The notes below the pieces were generated by a model. It was not told the origin of the DNA. It did not search any database and saw only the letters and a program-made list of their open reading frames with translations. A program made the translations under genes and the position numbers. A stretch of 43,874 bases of DNA, the filler included, from Catajapyx aquilonaris (taxonomy: Eukaryota): assembly GCA_000934665.2 (NCBI GenBank). It is 2 parts of 2 records of this genome, joined end to end, with 100 filler letters (N's around TTAATTAATTAA, not from the genome) between each part and the next. Parts side by side here need not be neighbours in the genome. Positions count along the whole stretch, not along the records: positions 21,993 to 43,874 come from KZ539444.1; 1 more part is not named here. One strand, written 5' to 3'. Position 1 is the first letter of the stretch; each line of letters starts with the position of its first letter. Positions 36,561 through 43,874 of this stretch are shown here, piece after piece.

Positions 36561-36733
36561 GTTGCATCCCTGACAGTAAGTGTATACATGTATGCCTTTC
36601 TTCTCTTACACATTCGGTTGCCAATAACAATGTAAGCACAATGATCAATACTATATAGTACAAGAGAGGATAAGGGCTGACCCAACCTACAGGTCCTGCA
36701 GCCCAATGATGAATATACTGTCAGTGATGCAAC
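36561..36733. mobile_element. Old short MITE
   Basis: GTTGCATCCCTGACAGTA versus TACTGTCAGTGATGCAAC, 17 of 18 inverted match. Confidence 0.5.
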
Positions 36734-39700
36734 CATATCTAAAATAATGACTTCAAATGCAATTATTCCAACTACAAAAGAAGTATCCAACTCAAAAATA
36801 CAGTGACACGTGATGTACCGTAACAAGGATGAGAAAGTAACTATACTGATATGATCCCTATTCACCTTCAGAGGTGACATGTGGTTTGCTATAGGTCCGG
36901 ATGCGTCCGTGGCTGGACGTGACAAATGGTCCAACTGTACAGGAGGCGCTATTGAGTCGCCCAATTTCAACCGCAACCTATTATAAGTGAATCGTGGTGA
37001 AAGGGAGCATCCATTCCAGACAGAATGTTCAATGGTTTTTCCATCGCATCCAATCCATTCCCCTCTCCAGTCTCCCTCTGTATATAGTACAACACACACC
37101 CTGCTGCTGCACTGTCCGCGGGGGCCATCCTAAATGGGACGCGCCTCGCCAACCATCACTAAAAGTGTCCAGAAACGCAGAATTACGACCCCGCAAGGAG
37201 CCATCCTCTGCCAGCCGACTCTCAACTGATGCGATGGGGGAGGCGTGGTCCAACCCCGCATCACACAATATGATCTATTGTCCTCCGCATCAAAACTGTC
37301 CTTTTAGCTCCGGCATCCCCCCCCCCTCTCCTTTGCTTTCCCCCCAACAATGGGAGGAACAACCCCCCCAATTGTTGCGGGATGGATCCGCGGCATAATT
37401 GCGCAGTTTGGAGTCTAATGAGAGGAGAGTTATGCTGTACATCATTCTGGGGACATTTTTATGGTCGGAAGCTGGTGTGCCCTGGGATATCTCCGTATAC
37501 GCCGGAGTGTGTCGCCTTTCGACACGGCAGCGCATCCACCGTCGACGATGCCCATTCCCCGGTTCGACATGCCACGCGCATATAAACACAAATGTGTGTG
37601 CAAATGTCAACTAGGGGTCACCGGAGCAAGTCGCATCGATTTGTTTGCTGATGGCTTTGAGTGGGAATAAGCCAGCAAAGCACCTGCGACCACCATCTGG
37701 TTGTAAGATATATATGCAGATTGCAATCCCATGGCTGCAACTTGCTCCAGCCAGAGCCGATGAATCCGTCGCTTATACTAACCGGATAGTTTGGAGCTGA
37801 CTAGAATTCCTCGGGGCCATTGTGTGCAAACGTCGCGTCGGTGGGACTGGGAGAGGAGGGGTAGGGCGTGCTGCGTTTTTCCTTCCTGAAAATCAGAGCC
37901 ATTTGCCCCGACGGCACTTCTGCTGGCACTTTTATCAGCCTGATGAATCGCCGATGCAAGCGCTTTTTCTCCCCCCCCCTCCCCCAACCGACTGCTCGGG
38001 GTCCAAACCCCCCTTCCCCGAAAAATAAACGAGAGAAAGGGGGGGGGGGGGGGGANGGGGGAGAAGCGAGGCAGCCGTCACAGCATATACACATTTCTCT
38101 CCTGCATCCTCTGGAGCCACACAATCGCGTACAAATTGAGAGTAACGCGAGAGTGCTGGATATGGTTACAGCAGGAAGGAAGTTTGACGCACCCTGTACC
38201 GGGTCTATCATCATGATGTAGTCGTGATGTCAACCGCTCTGAAAATTCGTATACGGGTGTGAGTATTAATGGCCGTGATTTGTGTGTGTATATGGAACGT
38301 GCTGGCCTTTCTCATTCGACATATTATATGGGTATCGTAAAGCATTCTTGGCTCGAGAACGACTTGGGGAATCCTTATCTGTTTTGCTGTTGTCGAGTCG
38401 CACACAGGTGTATATAGAGGAAAAGTGTGAGCGAGAGAGCGCGGTTTTCTAGCCCCTCACGTGCTTCAGGCTTGCAGGGGGTGCAACATGCGACCATATA
38501 TTTAACTCGCTCGAGGTCGCACCTTTATTGGCATTCCTGGCTGGCCACACGGGGAGAAGAAGGAAATAAAAGGGGGGGGGGGGGACANCACCTTGGAAAC
38601 TGTCAACGTCGCCAAAACTTGACCGCAGCACTTGCCGCACCCACACACTGCCAAATCACATGTTTGAATCCCTGGCTCCCATGTCGCCCTTGTAATTACG
38701 CCATTTAATACAGGGTGAGATTGAAAGGCGGTAGCATCCACAAAAAATCAGTGTTTTTGTATACAAGGAAGCGGGGCCTGGCTGTCGGCCGCCCTCATTG
38801 TGTACAGGGTGCTCGGGTTCTGCACCGTCTTCAAATTAGAGCCACTGAGGCTGTCAAGTGAATCTGGCAGCTGTCCGATCATTAATGAGCTCAAAACAGG
38901 GAGCTGCTCTCTAAAGGTGTGAAGCCTCCCCCCACCCCTTTAAAAAAAAAGGTTCCAACCCCTCCCCAAATGAAAGGGAGGGTACGGGTTGAATTGTCCC
39001 AGAATTTGTTTCTATTAACCCGCACAAAAAAGGCGTGTTTTGAACCATTCCTTTCTGATTGTGCTGGCCGAACATTTGATGTGGTCCGATTGAAACTTTA
39101 TCGGAGCAGTGATCAGCAGCTTTGTGCCGCTGCCACGTATAAACTTTAGCGCACACGCATGTGTATACTGGCAGCGATGCTTCTTGTCCTCTCTCGCATG
39201 TGAATGGACCCTTACTCCTCTCGGCAAAATAATAATTCCCTTGGCTGTGCCGCGATTTCCTTAGCTGATACTGCTGAATGCGAGCAGCTGCTTTGTAAAT
39301 CATCTCCGCGGATGCAAACAGCCCCCTCTCTTATATGCGCGCTGATGTATGTGCGTCCATGTCCGACCAAGCACTATGTAATTTAGGTTCCATATTTCCA
39401 TGCGTGTACACTATCGGCGACAAACGTTGTGCCTGGGTCCAAATACTCCAATTATATAGGAACCGAAGGGCTGACCGGGTCCAGTTTCCCGGTTGCTGTG
39501 TAAACCTGTATCGGTTGAAAAATCTGGAATGAGGTGGCGGACAAATTGGTGGCCCCCAAAATCTATAATGGAGGTTGAGGCCCATCAGCGCAGGCTATAT
39601 CCAGCAGTGGGTGCATAGACTTCTTCCCAAGCCAAAGTTTTGAGCCGAAAGCAAAGTGAGTGGAGGAGGAGGAAGAAGAAGCCTCAATGACCATTCATCA

Positions 39701-41253
39701 CCCTCAATTTTATGCTCTGTTTGGTTTCGTGCCGATTGCTCGATAACCCCCTCGCCTCCTTCCTTCTCCCTCCCAACTATATAATATACGGGCTTGGGCC
39801 ATTTTCGGACTCCATTTTTTCTCTTTTTCTTCGCGATGCTGCCCTCCCAGCTCCTTTTTTTCCTCTCTTTTCTTGGTTTTTCAACAACAAAAAGAATGGA
39901 AGGTAGCAGGATGGCAGGATGGGAAGGGGAGGAAGCCAAAAAGGGAAAAGTTGGTGGACCATCTTCCTGGCCGTAAATAATAGAGTTATCAGGCTTAATT
40001 AGTGTAGTGATAAATGCGAGGCGAGCAGTGCGATAAGGAGTGATATATGGAGCGTCTGCGAAAGGGAGAAAGAGCCCCTGCTCTATACAGCCCCAGCGCC
40101 ATGGAAAAGTGGGGGATGGCGGGGGAACGGGAGGGAGGGCTCCATATATATATAGTCTCTCGCTTTCTCTCTCTATATAGCATCACTGGATGGATGAAAT
40201 GGAATGGATGAGATGGCTGTGCAGCACACGATGGATGAGCAAAGAGGCCCCTCTGATATTAAGACATTTTCGCAATCGCTCATCTGCTCAAATCTCCAGC
40301 TATATTCGAGCTTTAGAAATTATTAAGAGCGGACTATATATAGGCGGTTTGAATAGACAACCCGGGCTGACCTTTTGATCCGGCGGGGTCAGTGCATCGC
40401 CCTGTGTGTGTATATATAGGTCAAAGGATTAGTTGTAAAACTTATTAGTGTCGTCGACGCAGGCAGGAGGAGCAGCAAATATTCTGGTCGGCCGAGAATG
40501 GCTCCCTTCCCTTGTGCAGTATATATACACGCATACGGCACACAATGGCCGAGGCCATAGCTGCTGAATATTATCCGGGGCCGATCCGAATATTCCCCAT
40601 AGAGCCCCCGCCTGCCAATGAAAAGAGTCTGAAATGGGAGTTGGAGATAACCGGATTTTTTTTTGTAGGTCCACTGTATATGCTCCTGTGCAGTATATGA
40701 GTGGGAATTGTGAGGGGGGGACAGCAGCATGTGGGTGTAGCATTTGTTGGGTGTGGTGGAGGAAGAGGAGAGGGACACACACACACACACACATCCATCA
40801 AAAAAAAAAGAAGAGAGAAGGAATAGGAGGAGGGAGGGTTATATAGGGTTGAGTGGAGGGTCCCCATCAGATGGAAGCGATTGGCTCCGATGCCTGCCTC
40901 CATTTATTGAGGCTTAGCAGCGCCGCCCATTCTCTGCCTTGATGACCATTCACTCTGACAGCACCAGTCGTGACCAGACTTTACAACCCTTACTCTCTTT
41001 CCCTCCTCTCTCCCTCTCCATCTCCACTGTCTCACCTACGCGCATGCCGGACTACTATACATCACTCGGTATTTACAAGTGGCATAATTATGCGAAATCA
41101 ATTATTATGCAACATGTCCATCGTCATTTGCGAAACATTTTAGAAAACTGCAAGCATTCTCCAACAGTGTTTATGATGATTTTGTCGAGCTTCTTTGGCT
41201 TCTTGCAGTTACAGTAAAGGTGGGTGTTTAAAATGACATATCCTTATATATAG

Positions 41254-41374
41254 CCTCCTGAGACCCCTGGTACAGTATACTGTACCTTTGTTTTTTCCAG
41301 CACCTTGTGACTAACTCAAGCGCGTAAAAAAACAAAGATGATTGAAAGGTGTATACTAGGGATCTCAGTATAGG
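41254..41374. mobile_element. Miniature relative of the 13790-14685 element, ATAG TSD
   Basis: ATAG|CCTCCTGAGACCC ... GGGATCTCAGTATAGG|ATAG; right terminus degenerate. Confidence 0.62.
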
Positions 41375-43874
41375 ATAGAGAGGCCAAATTATTTTCATTA
41401 TGCTCAATCGATGGAAAAAAAATCGTATAAATTCGGATTAAAGTCAGTAAATAGAAAGATTCCCCACCCAACAGTGTATACTCACTGCAAGATTGGAGAA
41501 GGAGTGAAAATCGTTCAACATTATTTTGATACCACGACAGACCTAACCAGCGTCATGAGTGATAAGCAAAAATGCTTAACCTTGCCAATAAATAAATTTA
41601 TCACTCACTTCATACGTACTTGCAAAAGTGGTGTGCAATAGTTGAACTTTGGCGAAGGTTTACTTTTTTTACATAAATAAGAGCCGATAGGACCACCTAT
41701 CATTTTACCTCAGTTTGTCCGCAATGTTCAATTTTAGCGGCCATTTTCCTCCATGAAAACTGTAAAACTATGGCTGATTCATCTCCCTGACGTTTCCGTC
41801 ATAATTGAGTCGTTTGTTTCGTTTCGATTATTGTCATGCAGGCAACAAAGTGGCATGCTAATATTCTTCCCGGCAGGCAGGCGTGTAAACCTCAACGAAT
41901 CTCGGAAGTGTCTCCAGCAGCTGCGGAAGAGATTGTTTTGGGCAATTAACCCCAGAGCAGAGTTCTTGTATATGAGAGAGACCCTTCTCCTCATAAGAGA
42001 GACATGCATGGCTAAAAGGAGGAGGGTTAGGGAAGGGGGGGTCGGCGTCGTCGGGCCTATCCTAATTTGATGCGAAGCGGGGCGGGAAAAGAAGAAGAAG
42101 TGTCGTGTTTCATGTGGCACCACTCTGTCGATTATATTCTGTTTTTGTAGTTGCGTTAGTGGCGCCAGGAGGATGAGTTGGGTTGTCTGTCATGCGTCCG
42201 ACTCCTTTCAGGCTTGGGTGGCAACCAAGAGGGGGTTTCTCCTGCAGGTCTCTACGTTGGAGGCTGGATTATACTTTCTTTTTTTCTTCTTCTTCCTTCT
42301 TTCCACTTCTTTTTCCCCCCCTTCCCACACCATCCCTCCAGCACACTCACTGTCGCTCATTCTGTCTCTGCTGCTTACTTTGGATCCCAGCCCATAGCAT
42401 TGCTGGGCCAGCAGGTAACTGCTACCTTCTTGTTGCCAAAATGTGTCGGCAGTCATACTTCGCATCAGGTGTGTGTGTGTGTTGCAGAGTCGTTAGGATG
42501 AAGACGCCTGAGCGTCCCGGCGCCGAATATTCTCACGGTATGGTAGTATATGCCACAAAAAGATGAGCTGAGGGATGGTATAGGGGGAGAACACACACAT
42601 AGCCACAGAGGGTGCCCCTGTTATAATATACCCTTGCTGGTTGGCTCGGCTTGGTTTTTCCACACTAGTTATTTTCCACGGAAGGCAAGCAGGGCGGGAT
42701 GGTGCGGATGGCGCCAGAGACCAGCATCCATGCACCAGGGACCAGACACTACACACACACCCACACACAAGTGTATATGGATGGGGCCCAGGATGTTCTT
42801 CATGCCTGGCTTGCCGCATTACGGATCGGGTTCCCCGGCAGCTCAACTACATCAGAGGAGCATCCACCCTTCTCCAGAAAAAAAATGTTTCCAAGAGAGG
42901 CGTACGTGTAAGGAAAACGATAATATTTCTCTGAATTCACAGCTCTTGTAGGCTGAAAGTTCCGCATAAAAGTAATTGACAAAGAAGAGGTACAGATACG
43001 AATAAAACCTTTTAAATGTTATGATGACAAGTAGGATAGAAGATTTCACCTGCATTCTGGTAAATTTTTGGAGGGTGAGAAAGAACAGCAGTGTTTCTGA
43101 TGACATACATTCGCCATTCATATCTCTCTGCTGCAGGAAGCTGGCACACTTGCATTTCAGATATGGAAACCTATACCATTGTACTTATTATATTGCGTGT
43201 GTATGCAACTGACAATAAATAATCAGGCCTCACACCATCACTGTATTATTTCAGGCACTTGTTACTTTTTCCCTGCTGCGCAATTTTGACTGGTCCAGTT
43301 GAGAGTCGGGAGGGCCTAAAGGACCACCCTGTCCGGGCATGAAAGGAGCCATTTTTGTGTGAATATTGTTGGCTGTGTGCTACGAAAATGGAAGGCTCGG
43401 GCTTTAAGTCAGTCTCTTGAGCCTTCAAAGGAAGCCGACTGTTGTGGCAGCAGAGAAAGAAGGGCCCTTGCTTGGCTTGCTCTCAGGTATACACACGGCG
43501 AATGGAAGGAGGGGGGCGGGGGGATAATCCGCGAAAGGCAAAATCCCTGCCATCCAAGGCAGAGAGAGAGAGACACTGCGAAATCCCTCCCATCACTCTA
43601 GGTCGGCTTGACTCAAAGTGGGGAAAAAAAGGCAAAGGGACGTGATGGCCCACCAAAAGCCCTCCCAAAACCAGGGCCCGTCGAAATGACTTCTTGCCAA
43701 TCCGCCAATCACGCTAAACCCCGCGCAGTTGGGATCAGAACCTACAGGGACAAGCATTTTACTAAAAACACTGCTGTTTTTTTTTTTCCTGATGGGTTGC
43801 TGTAGTGGCTCTCTTGACATGAAGGATCAAGAAGGAGGGTGGAAAAAATACTTCTTTTCAGACACATAGCGAGT

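Noticed and set aside
36446..37099. 217-aa minus-strand ORF
   Set aside because: Runs through a MITE relic, non-ATG start, no recognisable domain.
1..43874. CRISPR array, operon, rRNA or phage/defence system
   Set aside because: No regularly spaced repeats or dense ORFs; the DNA is intron-containing and eukaryotic.

Overview
Eukaryotic, arthropod-like genomic DNA made of two pieces joined by an artificial 100-nt spacer (44 N + TTAATTAATTAA + 44 N, 21893-21992). Left piece (1-21892): the last six coding exons (479 aa, Rap-GAP domain with the KMRHLGND motif) and 3' region of a Ral GTPase-activating protein alpha subunit gene on +. Its introns are CpG-poor and packed with nested transposons: tRNA-derived SINEs of three kinds sharing one 3' stem-loop tail, many TA-target MITEs, two large foldback palindromes (about 0.67 and 1.7 kb), piggyBac-like elements and a relic resembling mammalian MER2. 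Right piece (21993-43874): about 22 kb of CpG-rich, apparently non-coding DNA with microsatellites, a candidate CRE/TATA promoter and few recognisable transposons. I found no prokaryotic system, CRISPR array, rRNA or true tRNA gene, and cannot claim a new multi-gene system. The best leads are the MER2-like element, the ATAT/ATAG-target elements with a position-conserved palindrome, the modular SINE tail, and candidate alternative 3' exons of RalGAP-alpha. Family assignments come from memory of consensus motifs, not from database searches.
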